Shown here one piece after another: positions 17,302-29,100 of a stretch of 35,412 nt of DNA. Each line of letters opens with the position of its first letter. Within the stretch, counting starts at the first letter, position 1. The DNA lies in NCBI GenBank assembly GCA_947573015.1, contig CANPDS010000001.1, positions 1-35,412 on the forward strand, in the 5' to 3' direction. The notes beneath the pieces were generated by a model. It searched no databases. It worked only from the letters and a program-made list of their open reading frames with translations, and was not told the DNA's origin. The position numbers and the translations under genes are program-made. The DNA is from an uncultured Muribaculum sp. Lineage in GTDB: Bacteria; Bacteroidota; Bacteroidia; Bacteroidales; Muribaculaceae.

Positions 17302-19863
17302 ATGGGTATATCTACTTCACCTTCACTACCGATTTCTGCCGCATCCAACAATCGCTACGTACTTTCATCCGACTACTGTATAAACGTCGACATCACTCTT
17401 CCAGATGCTACCGAGTTAATAATATGCAATAATGCAAGAATCGACTGCCGAAATCTTACACTCGGTGATCATTCACTAATTCGCATAGATTCCGGCACAC
17501 TTGCCGTAGCGTCGGGATGCACTCTAACCCTTGGTGAAAACTCCCGACTTGATGCACGCAATGGCACACTCGACCTCACCGATGCGCGCTGCGAACTACG
17601 CACAGGCGGCACACTCATGCTGTCAGATTATCCCGTAAAAGGTGGCATACTCGCCGGCGGCTGGGCAACACTTACCGATTCAGCCAACGACCAGATTATA
17701 GCAGCCAGCGACATCGAGTTTCACGCATGCCGCAGCTATCTATGTGCTCCGATTGCCAAGGTATTCGATGCTACCGTGTTTGAAGGTCGATGGGATATGG
17801 ATCGTGCCTATCCCCAATGGTTTGCCGATGCAGATTGCGATGACTGGTCTGTTCCTATCAATCAAGCAATAAGGCTAAAATGCTCCGGAGAAGTGCATCT
17901 GCCGGCGGGCACATACAAGGTAAAGCATTCTATCAATGTTACCGCTGGCATAAGATTAATTGGTGAAAACCTATATTATCACTCAAAAAAGACGGTAAAA
18001 GAAGCGCATAACAATATCGGCTCGATAATTGTTCCAGTACCACTTACTGCATCAATGGCTTCAGGTGCCCAGAATACCGGACGTCCTGTGATCAAACATG
18101 GGTTCTCTATGGGATGCGTGATCACAGTAAATATCAATCCGGATATTCTTGCTGAAACCATCGACGGGTCTACTGTGACAAACAGTCAAAACAATACTAT
18201 TCCCAATAAGCAATCTTTTTGGGCACAAGGATACCCGGCCCCTGGCACAGCGATAAAGAATCTCTGCATACAGAATGTGAACACTCAGGAAGTCGCTTTC
18301 ACAGATGGAGGTGGATCTACCAACATGGTTTGTCCCATACCATTTCTATGTGGTATATTCGTAGCCGGAGGTTGCGAATTAAATACACTATACTTTAATC
18401 AGCTATGGCAATCAATCCATTGGTCAGGAGGGAAAGACTATGCTGACTGCAAACAGGTGACAAACTGTACTCTCGTTGACGTAGGTAGCTTCAATTACAA
18501 CGTTGACAATAACGGTTATCCTGAAGGAGGTACAAAAAAGATTATCAACACCCATGCCATCGACATGGGATTTCTCGGGGATGCCCTCATTCTTCAAGGT
18601 AATGCAATACACGACCCCAAAAACACTTATGGTGTCATTATTAGAGCCACAATGGGAGCAATAATAGATGCAAATATTATAAATACACATCTGACCTTAC
18701 AAAATTGCAACGGGGCTACCATCAGCAACAACCACATGGAAACTACAGATGCCCAATTGATTCTTAATGCATCAGCAGCAACGGTTCAAAGCAATTACTT
18801 TGAGAAAGGGCTTGAACCCTCCATTGTAATACTATCAAATGAATTCAATCATTCATTAATACAATTATCAAATAATATCTTCAGATGGTACGCCAGATAT
18901 GATATCGATGGAATGACATTCGAAGAATGTGTCAATAAAATGGCTCAATTATGTCCCTACGATATTCTATTGAGTCATACAATTGATGGTCATCTTGATA
19001 ATAACCACATCATTGCAGACCTTTCCATTGATAATTGTTTCCGGACATACACCAATTCGACTTCGACCCCTGCAAATCTTACATATGGAGTTATCATAAA
19101 TTACTCCTCTGTCAGGAATAATGAGACTCTCAACATTCTTCCACTAAATATATTCAACAATGTATCTCCAATAGCATCCCATAAATGCACTCTTATTCCC
19201 GGCGAAGAGATTACCATGCCTCCATATATCAGCCATAACATCAATCGTATCAAACTCTCTTCATATAATTTCCCTGATGCATTAAGTTCCATACAATATG
19301 ACAATGAAGATGAACGTCGAGGTCATGGACTATGGACTGCTGATTCAGGAGTATACTCCTACAAATACCGAATAATATGGAATGAACCCCGTAGCATCTG
19401 TTCTTTCCACGACCAGACCACATTATTTGATTTGGTTTCTGGAATCTCAAAAACCAAATATAATGAAACAGACCCTTCCCGGATTATAATGTTTTCCATC
19501 GTAGATAATGATGGAAAACGCAATGTCAACAAAACGGGACTCTGTTTTTATGTATTCTTGTATAGGAAGTTTGAGAATCGCGATGGAAATGTATCATGGA
19601 TGCGAGCGAAAATACCATTTGCCGGATGTGAAGTTATATACGACAATGGTATCTGTGTCAGCGGCTTCCCATGGGAGTCTTGTCCGGAGCCGATTGAGGA
19701 TGAGTCATTCAACGATGGCATTACCGGAATTGAATATGTCGGACAAAATGTTGCGGTATATTCTACCAAACCGATTGATTTTTCAATCGGAGAATGGCAG
19801 ACGGGCGACCGGGTGTATAATGTCGGGGACGACGAATCATGGACGATGAAAATCAAAAAATAA
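17302..19863 (+). CDS. Large hypothetical protein with a pectate-lyase-3-like / parallel beta-helix region
   Basis: PQWF...DWSVPINQAI...GEVHLPAGTYKV cap motif; Asn-rich repeats (ILQGN, IDAN, ISNN, VQSN, LSNN); no clear signal peptide; start ATG 17302 or TTG 17296. Confidence 0.65.
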   Translation: MGISTSPSLPISAASNNRYVLSSDYCINVDITLPDATELIICNNARIDCRNLTLGDHSLIRIDSGTLAVASGCTLTLGENSRLDARNGTLDLTDARCELRTGGTLMLSDYPVKGGILAGGWATLTDSANDQIIAASDIEFHACRSYLCAPIAKVFDATVFEGRWDMDRAYPQWFADADCDDWSVPINQAIRLKCSGEVHLPAGTYKVKHSINVTAGIRLIGENLYYHSKKTVKEAHNNIGSIIVPVPLTASMASGAQNTGRPVIKHGFSMGCVITVNINPDILAETIDGSTVTNSQNNTIPNKQSFWAQGYPAPGTAIKNLCIQNVNTQEVAFTDGGGSTNMVCPIPFLCGIFVAGGCELNTLYFNQLWQSIHWSGGKDYADCKQVTNCTLVDVGSFNYNVDNNGYPEGGTKKIINTHAIDMGFLGDALILQGNAIHDPKNTYGVIIRATMGAIIDANIINTHLTLQNCNGATISNNHMETTDAQLILNASAATVQSNYFEKGLEPSIVILSNEFNHSLIQLSNNIFRWYARYDIDGMTFEECVNKMAQLCPYDILLSHTIDGHLDNNHIIADLSIDNCFRTYTNSTSTPANLTYGVIINYSSVRNNETLNILPLNIFNNVSPIASHKCTLIPGEEITMPPYISHNINRIKLSSYNFPDALSSIQYDNEDERRGHGLWTADSGVYSYKYRIIWNEPRSICSFHDQTTLFDLVSGISKTKYNETDPSRIIMFSIVDNDGKRNVNKTGLCFYVFLYRKFENRDGNVSWMRAKIPFAGCEVIYDNGICVSGFPWESCPEPIEDESFNDGITGIEYVGQNVAVYSTKPIDFSIGEWQTGDRVYNVGDDESWTMKIKK

Positions 19864-20051
19864 TCACAATAAATTAGGGAGAACTATGTTTAAACGAATC
19901 ATTATCGTGTTGTTTGCTATGTTGCATGCAGTCCCTATATCCTTATGAATGGCATAACGCTGGATTTTGGCAAGGTTATTACCATAATAAAGACCGGCAA
20001 TTTCTTCCATATACCGTCACCCGCTGGGGGTAATACCGTTCCTCAAACATC

Positions 20052-20092
20052 AAACGGCGGTGCGCAGATCAACAGATTGCGCACCGCCGTTT
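20052..20092. terminator. Bidirectional terminator
   Basis: AAACGGCGGTGCGCA / TGCGCACCGCCGTTT perfect 15-bp arms between convergent genes. Confidence 0.8.
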
Positions 20093-20117
20093 TGATATTG
20101 GGGGAAGAATCTCTAAG

Positions 20118-22409
20118 TTACAGTGAACGGGGAGGGATTGACTCGGGTGCGGAAGCCCAGGCTTTATTGGGGTGCGAGCCCATCTGAAGCTCAAGTTTGC
20201 CGCCGGCCATGATATCTGCATGACTGATCCATGACTTGTTCCATTCCTGACCGTTGAGACGAGCCGACTGAATGTACTTGTTGTTGTCGCTGGCGCCTTC
20301 AGCTACGATCTCGAATGTGTTGCCATTGGCAAGTTTCATCGAGGCATGCTCAAACAGAGGGGATCCGATGTTGTAGATAGGCAGACCGGGAGTCACAGGA
20401 TAGAAGCCAAGGGAGCTGAACACAACGAACGAAGTCATGCCACCGCCATCCTCATCGCCCGGAACACCCATAAGGTCGTTGCGGAACCACATCTTCAGCA
20501 GGTCACGGATACATTTCTGAGTCTTCCACGGCATTCCGGCATAATTATAGAGATATGGGATATGGAGTGAAGGCTCATTGGCCATCGAGAACTGACCTAC
20601 ATTGCCTGTATGATCGGGAAGTGTGTAATAGAAGTGATACTTCCCACGTCCGAGCGGCTCACGGAAAGTCTGGTCGAGATTAGCCGCAAACTTCTCATTA
20701 CCGCCCATAAGGTCGATAAGATCGGCCACATTGTGAGGCACATCCCAACGGTATACCCAACCATTATTCTCGCCGTAAAACTCACGGGCACCGGGGCCTC
20801 CATCGTAACGGTAATCGAACGGCTCGATAAACTTTCCGTCCTTATCCTTTGGGTGGAAAAATGCTGTCTCAGCATTGTATACATTGCGGTAGTTGTGCGA
20901 CAGGCTGTCGTAACGGGCTGCATCGTCAGCCTTCCCAAGAGCCTCGGCGATACGTGCCAGACACCATTGGTCGTAGCTTGTACCAAGGGTGACGGCTATA
21001 GGCTGACGCTTCTCCCATCCATTGACGTTGGGATCAGTCTCCTTCTCACCGGGACGCAGAGCGGGGATATATCCATGCTCTGCATAGAAAGCATCGATCC
21101 AACCGGCTGGATTTCCGCTCCATGGCGCAAGAGTCTTCTCCTCAATTCCACGACGGCATGCCTCATAGGCTTTCAGTGTGTCAACGTCAAGTCCCTTGAC
21201 CACAGCATCAGCAATCGAAGCAACGCCATGATTTGAATTCATTCGGCGCGAATCTCCGTTCACCTCAGGGAATGTAGGCATCCATCCAGTACCCATCTGC
21301 TCAGCCATACGCAGGAACGAGGCGAGAATAGCCTCTTCGCGATCAGCATCCATAAGTGTGCGCAACGGGTGGGCGGCCCGATATGTATCCCAGATCCAGT
21401 CGTCGGTATAAAATGGTGTACCCTCATCTTCATGCACCTTGCCATCGAACGCGCTGAAATAGCGGCCATCCTCGCTCATGCATATCGGACGTTCGAAAGT
21501 GCGGTAATATGAAGAGTAAAGCACTGTCTTCTGATCGTCGGTACCACCCTTCACATCGATACGGCCAAGCGCATCGTTCCATACCTTGCGGCCATTGGCT
21601 GCAACAGCATCAATATCATACTTCGGGATTTCGCGTTCAAGATTATTTGCCGCCTGTTCTTCAGAGATGAACGATACGCCATAACGCAGACGCACATTCT
21701 TAGTACCATCGGCAAACTGCCATACAGCACATGCGTTCTCACCATCAGCACTGCCGAGACCGCTGTTGACAGATCCATCCTCCAGAATGCCGGAAGCTGT
21801 CGGTGCCTTATCGACTTCAAGCCATACATACACACGGGTGTCGTTTGGCAACTGCTGCCATCCGCTTATTCTGTTGCCATCGACATTGATCTTACCGTTG
21901 CCCGTGCTCACGGCTATATAGGCAGGCTTACCGGGTTCGCTGCTATCGAAATCAATATCGTATATTGCCGACTGATTGCTCACTGCATAATGCACATGCA
22001 TCGGATCATTGCCTTCCGGAGTGGCAATATCCACCGAGAAATCGTACGGAGTAAGACACTCATTGTCGTAAGTGTATTGCTTAATAGCCGACATGGCGCC
22101 GTCATGTCCGGGATTGATCTTGAACGCAGAGCGCTCACGATGGTTTGTGACTATCACCGGCAGTCCATTGAGCAGTTGAGCTGTATAATCGGCACGTTCC
22201 GGATATACACGCAACATACTGTTGGGGAGCTGTACGGTAGGAAATGTAGGCACAAGGAGATGACTGATATTGCCGATGTATGGATTGACAAAATCAACCG
22301 GTTCCTTAACTTCGGACGCCGATGCATTGACGCACGCATGAAATGCGGATACCGCCAGAAGCGACAGGCAACCGGCACCGAAAAGGAGCAACTTATGGTT
22401 TCTGTTCAT
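20118..22409 (-). CDS. Glycoside hydrolase family 92 (alpha-mannosidase-like)
   Basis: VDFVNPYIG, WDTYRA.HP, GENNGW, MANEPSLHIPYLY, PGDEDGGGM, LGFYPVTPG. Confidence 0.93.
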   Translation of the reverse strand: MNRNHKLLLFGAGCLSLLAVSAFHACVNASASEVKEPVDFVNPYIGNISHLLVPTFPTVQLPNSMLRVYPERADYTAQLLNGLPVIVTNHRERSAFKINPGHDGAMSAIKQYTYDNECLTPYDFSVDIATPEGNDPMHVHYAVSNQSAIYDIDFDSSEPGKPAYIAVSTGNGKINVDGNRISGWQQLPNDTRVYVWLEVDKAPTASGILEDGSVNSGLGSADGENACAVWQFADGTKNVRLRYGVSFISEEQAANNLEREIPKYDIDAVAANGRKVWNDALGRIDVKGGTDDQKTVLYSSYYRTFERPICMSEDGRYFSAFDGKVHEDEGTPFYTDDWIWDTYRAAHPLRTLMDADREEAILASFLRMAEQMGTGWMPTFPEVNGDSRRMNSNHGVASIADAVVKGLDVDTLKAYEACRRGIEEKTLAPWSGNPAGWIDAFYAEHGYIPALRPGEKETDPNVNGWEKRQPIAVTLGTSYDQWCLARIAEALGKADDAARYDSLSHNYRNVYNAETAFFHPKDKDGKFIEPFDYRYDGGPGAREFYGENNGWVYRWDVPHNVADLIDLMGGNEKFAANLDQTFREPLGRGKYHFYYTLPDHTGNVGQFSMANEPSLHIPYLYNYAGMPWKTQKCIRDLLKMWFRNDLMGVPGDEDGGGMTSFVVFSSLGFYPVTPGLPIYNIGSPLFEHASMKLANGNTFEIVAEGASDNNKYIQSARLNGQEWNKSWISHADIMAGGKLELQMGSHPNKAWASAPESIPPRSL

Positions 22410-22453
22410 ACTTGACTGAGTTTTCAGTATATTAAATCGGTTAATTCAAAAAA

Positions 22454-25400
22454 TCATAAAGATGGAGTAAACGATTGGCCTGATGCCAGAGTCTCCACCA
22501 TGTTGCGGAGCAAGCGTGCGGCAATCGGATCTGTATCGGCTTTCTGTGTAGCCATCGTAGAGACAATCGCCGAACCCTTTCCTTCGTTAATACCTACCAT
22601 GGTAAATCCGCGAAGTGCATTGATACGGTCAAGGCGAGCCTGCGAACCTCCGCCGTCGATATAAGCGTGAATCTTGATCTGACCGGCAAGCTCAGTAAGA
22701 GCAGGGTTACGAACTACCTGCATGGTAGTGTTGCAAGCCGTGGGTATCTCCCTAAGGTTATTGTTGAAATAACGGAGTTCCAATGGTTCGATACCATCAA
22801 ATACACGGCTGTCGTTGCGTTCCATGAAAGTGATATCGCCCTCAGTCGGAACTTCCCAACTCAGGATATGCTCTGGGAATACGGCCTTGGCCACCTCATT
22901 GCTATTAAGGAAAAGCAGATGTCCACCACGTTCTTCATAGTCGCGCAATGCCTTTGCATCAGCTTCAGAAACAGTATGTATATCGCTGATGATTGCTACG
23001 GTAGGTTTAGCGGCAATCATCTGTGCAACAGATGTATAATTATCAGTATCAATACCCAGAGCCTTTAATGATGCGGCTTGGGCATCAAGCATGGCAAATG
23101 TAGTCTTAGCATTTCCAACCGGCTCACCCTTAGCCCAATCACGGGTAGTAAGCAGCAGTTCGTATTCATTTTCCGATACCGGCAAGCCATCCTCAGTAAG
23201 CTTGAGGTAAAGTTTGGCCTTAACCTTGTCGGCAGGAAGATTCTCGGGAATAACAATGCCGGGGTTGACCCACTGACGTCCATAGTGAGGAACGCTGTCG
23301 AGCGCCATATCGCCCTTGCGCATCACATTGCCACGGTCATCACGCAACTCCCACCGCAACAGTGTAGGACGCAACGTGCGGCCTTCCTCAAGATCGTTCA
23401 CCACACAGATGCGGGTCGCCAACGGCTCACCGGCATACTGATGACGTCCCCACAGCTCGGCACTTACCAACACCGGCTGAAGCGCACGCGCAAGAGCATA
23501 ATAGGTAGGCCATGGTTCGATACGATCTGCATCATATACCTGCTTGAACCATGTGAGCAGAGCGAAATGCATGATACCCGATGCCTTGTCGTTGCTACGG
23601 CGGAGTGCCTCAGCAAGCTCACCGGTAATGAATGACTGCGCCCATAAGAAGTTGGCAGGATCAGCATAGTCATAGCAGTCATAGCCGATCAGTGACTCAG
23701 GATTCTGGTGTATGATCTGATATGAATGGGTAGGATGACCGGTCTCATTGTTGGGATATCCGGTTGACATTTCCTGACTGATCAACGGACGGTCGGCCAT
23801 CTTGAACCGTTCCTGGAACTCACCGTTGAAGAAACGGAACAGTGAATAATCGTACCAATTGTAATATGCATGCATATCGTCAATATCACCATCGTCGATA
23901 GTCGCCATGAAGTCCTTTCCATACTTGGCATCCTTGCCCTTAGCCTGATAGTTCGAGTCAAAGCAGATAGGACGAGTAGGATCAACGCTACGCATATCTT
24001 TCACCACATCAGAAATGTAGCGATACTTCTCCTTCGCACGTTCAAGATCTTCGTCATTATCATAGAACTTCATCTCGTTGTTCACTGTCCAGAAGAGCAG
24101 CGATGGATGATTACGATACTTCTTAAGAAGGCTCAGGAACTCAGCTCGCCACATTGCAAGCACCTGCTGATCGGGCAGAGGTGTGGAGTGTATAAACAGC
24201 CACGGCCATGTGCCCTCGAAGCTTATGCCTATACCATTGCGGTCAGCGGCATCCATCCAAAGTTCATTCCACGGAGTTGTATGTGTGCGGGTCACGTCGA
24301 TGTGACCACGCTTCATATGCTGCATGAATGTGTCGGCAAGACGTTTATCGTTAGGTGCGAGGGCAAACGGTATATGATTACCACCACGCAGCCAGTACTT
24401 ATGCCCGTTGAGATAGAACAAGCCGTCGCGCACCTCGAATGTGCGGAATCCTGATGTTTCGGTAAATCGGTCAAGTTCACGACCCTTCTTATCAGTAAGG
24501 GAGAACGTGAAATCGTATAGATTTGGATGCTGTGGCGACCATAGTAGAGGCTTGAGGCCATCTACAGCAAATGTCAATGTGCGGGTCTCTCCTGGATTAA
24601 GGGTCACTTTCTCCGATGCACCATTGTAAAGTTCACTACCGGTACTGCAATCGGCAATCAACGTATGCGGTGTGACAGTCTGTTTCGCACCCGACTGATT
24701 GCTGATGGTCAGCTCGAATGTGGCGCCACTGAGAGTAGGTTTGATATATACGTCATTGACCTTTACGGGATCAGTGACAGTAAGTTTCACAGGTTGCCAT
24801 ATACCGGCAGGATCATCGCCATAAAATCCGTGAGGTATCTCCTTGATTACATCTTTTCCGGCGTCGACCTTGGCATCTTCCTGCTCGCTCTCGCGCACAG
24901 ATGAATAGAAGAAATCGATCGATGGAGAGTTGCCTTCACCAGTCTTACCGATAACCTTAAGAGCGATAAGGTTACGTCCAGGATGCAACAATCCGGTGGC
25001 ATCTATATTGATCTGCCCGTACATGCCGAGATGCGAAGTAGCCTTCTTACCGTTAATATAGATCTCGGCAGCACGCGACACGGCGTCGAACGTAAGTTCG
25101 AGATGCTTACCCTGTATGTCCTCCGGAAGGTTGACCCACTGGCGATACCATGCGTCGCGAGTGCGCTTATAGTCGAATGTGTAACCCTCACAACGTGCGG
25201 TCTCCTGCATATAGTACGGATCCGATACACCCTTAGGCATATGTCCACGCGGCGTACCCATAGTCTCGCCATGGAGCCATATGCGGATCGGATTCCAGAA
25301 ATCCGGTACGTTCATCACATGCCAGTCAGCATCGTCCTTTGCCGGGTCAGCAGCTACAGCAGCATCGATATTTGTATATCCTGGCATGAAAAGCCAATTG

Positions 25401-26158
25401 CCGTCAAGGCTAAGCTCCGTGCGCGGGCCGCTTAGTGAATTGAGTTTCTTATCAGAATAAGCAGCACGCTGCGAACGGCGCATACTCTCTTTCTGTGCAG
25501 GAGTGAGAGGATTGTTCCACTCCGTATCAGCCACACCGTCGAGCGCACCGGGAGCCAGTGGAGTTATAACCAGATCATCGAACTCCGTTGTTATCCAGCT
25601 ACCACCAAGAGTCACACCTCCATTTGGCGCCAGACGGGCATTTGGATCGGTAACATCTATATAAGGATTTTTCTCGCCATTAAGGAACACACGTATACGG
25701 TTGCCTACCACTTCAATACGCACATCCACCCAATCGCCCGGTTTAGGCTGGAATCCAAGCTTGCGCACGGCAGTAAGTTCATCATTACCTTTGTAGCCCA
25801 TACGCATAAGCATGACATTATTCTGTATACCTCCTTTTATACCGAGGATATATCTGTCGAAGCGGTTTGCCGCACGGAATCCGCACCATATCTGTACCTG
25901 CTCTTCACTTTTAGGAGCACGGGCACGGAATGTCACAGAATAATCCCTTAAGGTAGAATCGCCAAACTGAGCATAATTCCCTTTTGAGAGAAGCACTCCA
26001 TTTTTACTGATTCCAGTGGTACCACGGCCTACTGTGAGAAGTTTCTCATCCAGATTAGAGAAATCGTTACGATATACTGGAGCATCAGCTCCGTAGGCCC
26101 ATAGGGATGCTATGGCCATGGAGCTGACGCATAAAGTCTTTAAATATGACATTGACAT
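22454..26158 (-). CDS. Glycoside hydrolase family 2 with N-terminal beta-sandwich (LamG/DUF1080-like) module
   Basis: SLDGNWLF, WSPQHPNLY, GFRTFEV, RNHPSLLFWTVNNE (acid/base), DPTRPI, SQEMS (nucleophile region); signal peptide. Confidence 0.88.
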   Translation of the reverse strand: MSMSYLKTLCVSSMAIASLWAYGADAPVYRNDFSNLDEKLLTVGRGTTGISKNGVLLSKGNYAQFGDSTLRDYSVTFRARAPKSEEQVQIWCGFRAANRFDRYILGIKGGIQNNVMLMRMGYKGNDELTAVRKLGFQPKPGDWVDVRIEVVGNRIRVFLNGEKNPYIDVTDPNARLAPNGGVTLGGSWITTEFDDLVITPLAPGALDGVADTEWNNPLTPAQKESMRRSQRAAYSDKKLNSLSGPRTELSLDGNWLFMPGYTNIDAAVAADPAKDDADWHVMNVPDFWNPIRIWLHGETMGTPRGHMPKGVSDPYYMQETARCEGYTFDYKRTRDAWYRQWVNLPEDIQGKHLELTFDAVSRAAEIYINGKKATSHLGMYGQINIDATGLLHPGRNLIALKVIGKTGEGNSPSIDFFYSSVRESEQEDAKVDAGKDVIKEIPHGFYGDDPAGIWQPVKLTVTDPVKVNDVYIKPTLSGATFELTISNQSGAKQTVTPHTLIADCSTGSELYNGASEKVTLNPGETRTLTFAVDGLKPLLWSPQHPNLYDFTFSLTDKKGRELDRFTETSGFRTFEVRDGLFYLNGHKYWLRGGNHIPFALAPNDKRLADTFMQHMKRGHIDVTRTHTTPWNELWMDAADRNGIGISFEGTWPWLFIHSTPLPDQQVLAMWRAEFLSLLKKYRNHPSLLFWTVNNEMKFYDNDEDLERAKEKYRYISDVVKDMRSVDPTRPICFDSNYQAKGKDAKYGKDFMATIDDGDIDDMHAYYNWYDYSLFRFFNGEFQERFKMADRPLISQEMSTGYPNNETGHPTHSYQIIHQNPESLIGYDCYDYADPANFLWAQSFITGELAEALRRSNDKASGIMHFALLTWFKQVYDADRIEPWPTYYALARALQPVLVSAELWGRHQYAGEPLATRICVVNDLEEGRTLRPTLLRWELRDDRGNVMRKGDMALDSVPHYGRQWVNPGIVIPENLPADKVKAKLYLKLTEDGLPVSENEYELLLTTRDWAKGEPVGNAKTTFAMLDAQAASLKALGIDTDNYTSVAQMIAAKPTVAIISDIHTVSEADAKALRDYEERGGHLLFLNSNEVAKAVFPEHILSWEVPTEGDITFMERNDSRVFDGIEPLELRYFNNNLREIPTACNTTMQVVRNPALTELAGQIKIHAYIDGGGSQARLDRINALRGFTMVGINEGKGSAIVSTMATQKADTDPIAARLLRNMVETLASGQSFTPSL

Positions 26159-26194
26159 ATCTGTATGAAATATAATGACTGAAAGTCAAAGAGA

Positions 26195-29100
26195 TTACTT
26201 GGCCTCGGGATTGACATACGAGGCACGCACCTGGGGGAGGTAGTCGGCTCGGTTGTCGCAGAAGAAGTGTCCCTGAAGTTTGTCATCAGGAGTATTCTCA
26301 GGCACGCTTACTTCAAGACAGTTCCAACCCTGAAGAAGAGGAAGCTCACGGAAGTCGGCACGGTTACGATCCTTGCTTGCAAGAGCAATCGATTTGCCGT
26401 TGAGCGAGAGTTCTGTATCGGGGGTGCCGGTACGGAGAGTCAGTTTAGGCATGTTGGGCTCAATGAGAAGATCGTCGAGCGGACGTGGGCTGTATACATA
26501 AAGAGTAAGAGTCTTCTTGCCATCCTTCTTTTCCATCTTCTTGGCAGCCTGACGCGGGAATTGTAATTTGCCGTCCTGGAAGAAGAATATCTCATCGGGA
26601 TTGAGCTCAAGAGCCTTGCAGGGCACACCGGCATTGGCGAGGATAGTACCCATAGTCTTGAAGCCCTTCTCGGTATTGGTGAATTCACCAAGAGTGCTGA
26701 GATAGATATTGCTGGGGCCATTCGAATATTTCACTACAACCGCACGAGGAGCAGTACATTCATTTTCAGAACGCAATAGAGCGGCAGTCTTGAGATTTTC
26801 GGCACGCTTGTTCCATGTGCGCCAATCTGTCTTGCAAGCCTCCAGAATCACTTCACCCTCCTCTACGAGAGGTCCGGTGAGAGTATATTGGGCTGCATCT
26901 CCCTGCTGCACCTCACAGAAGTAGAAGTCGGAAGGATTGAGGCCACGCATCCACGATGTCTCTGTGGGGATAAAAGATGAACGTTTAAGGGTGTTGACAG
27001 TGACAGGTAGGGGCAGAAGTCCATTGTAAGGATTGTGAGGCTGCACATTGGCTGGATTGATGCCCCATATGAGGAGATCGGCACCAGCCTGCATATCACG
27101 ACGGATCTGTGCCTCCAGCTCATCACTGAGTGAATATGTACCATCAAGTACATAAAGAGCATTGGCTGGAACAGTGACTTTGTCGGAGAATATCACTCCC
27201 TGAGCATCAAACTGCATACGGGCACGAGAGTCGGCAGGACCAACAAAGACTACCTGCTTGTATGATTCAGGACAACCCCAGCTGCCTTTCGACTCATATT
27301 GTTTCTTATCGACCTCCGCCCATTCGCTCCATGCCGGACCATCGGGAGCATTGGCAGCGCGCATAGCGTCGAACATAGGCCAAGCTCTGTAAAGAGGTAG
27401 CGACGGATCATATCCGGGGTTCAGAGTGGTACAGTAAGGACCCATACGTTCAGGCTGCACACCGGGCTGCCCTTCTACATATTCGCCAAAGAATATACCG
27501 TCAGTATCGATCGATGGAGCGGTGGTAAGATCTTTCTTGCCCAGAGGCAGGGGCTGCAATGCATACCATGCCATATTGAATACTGTAGAGTAGCTTGCGC
27601 CATTGTCTCGCTGATCTTTGATCAGATTGTAGCATTCGTTGGCAAGGCCTTCCATACGGCCCTGTGCTGATACATAAGCACGTTCACCATTATATTTCGA
27701 CACCTGTTCGGGAGTTCCATAGTATGCCATAGAGTGCTCACCGATACCCCATGGCTTACCGATGTTGATCCAATTGTGCATTGAATTGATATCACCGTAA
27801 TGACCTACGGTAACAGGCAGTATGCCATCGCCGTCATCCTCTCCGTCCGAGCTGATCCAAGGACGTGTCGGGTCAAGTTCGCGCACGATGTCGCGCCATT
27901 CACGCCATGCCACCATCTGCGGTTCGAGGAGATCAGGACGATTATATACATATAATATTACAGGCTTGTTCTCATTACTTACACTCCAACCGAACACGCT
28001 GGCATGATTGCGGTCGCGAAGTACGAAGCGGCGGAGATGATCCTTTGATGACTCCCAGAAAAGTGGCGAGTCGAGCTTAGGCCCACCGTCACTGGCCCAG
28101 TTGGCAGTCTCGTTGAGAATACATATACCCATCTCATCGGCCATATCGTGATAGAAGCGAGGATATACCATTGCGTGAGGACGAACAGCATTACCATTCA
28201 TATCCTTGATCGCCTTGAACCATGCATAGGCATAGCGGCGGGTCATCTGAGGAATGCCCATGAAATGCCATGAGTCGCCCTTGAGAGGATATACTTTCCC
28301 GTTGAGTAGCTGGGCAGTGCCGTCAAGAGTCCATTCGCGCCATCCGAAACGCTCGTACTTGCTGTCGATTTTCTTTCCACCTGCTTTTGCAGAAAGTATA
28401 AGTCCATAGAGATTGGGAGTCTCTGGTGTCCAATATTTCAATTGACCCTCCGTTACAGGAAGTGTGATAGTGGTTGTTGCGGTGTCGCCGGGAGCCACAG
28501 TAACTTTTACGGGCTTTACAGTCATTGCCAGACGGCCAAGATCCCAATTTGGCACCGGTGCAGAATTTATGTCGGTACCAGCGAGGTTGATCCACTCCTT
28601 GATATCACCTGAAAGTTCCACTGTCTGCTTCTTTGTGCCGGAGTTGGTAACTTTCACTACAAATTCAAGTTTGCCTTCACCAACAAGCGGCTTCACATAC
28701 ACATCTTCAATACGAGTGGTTGGAACAGCCTGAAGATATACATCCTGCCAGATACCATTCATATCATAGCCCCACATGGAACCACCGGGAACAATACGAC
28801 GACCGATAGTGCTGTTATCTTCAAAAAGTTTCTGGGAACGCACCCCTACAAGAACTTCTGCAACCTCTCCAGGCTTCACTACATCAGTTATGTCGGCACT
28901 GAACGGAAGGAAGAGGTCGAAATTCTCACCAACTTTCTTGCCGTTTACATATACTTCAGCCTCACCGGCCACAGCCTCAAACCAAAGACGGATATCATTG
29001 CCGGCCCAATCAGCAGGCACTGTGAACGACTTTTTCATCCATGCCATCTTCACATTCTCCCATTCCTTAGGATAGGAAGGATAGTTGCGATGGTCAGGGC

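Noticed and set aside
17060-20050. Prophage or integrative element at rnpB
   Set aside because: No integrase or phage structural genes, and no duplicated rnpB 3' end (att site) found by eye
19945-20187. 80-aa plus-strand ORF
   Set aside because: Crosses the terminator and overlaps the GH92 3' end on the opposite strand; no motifs
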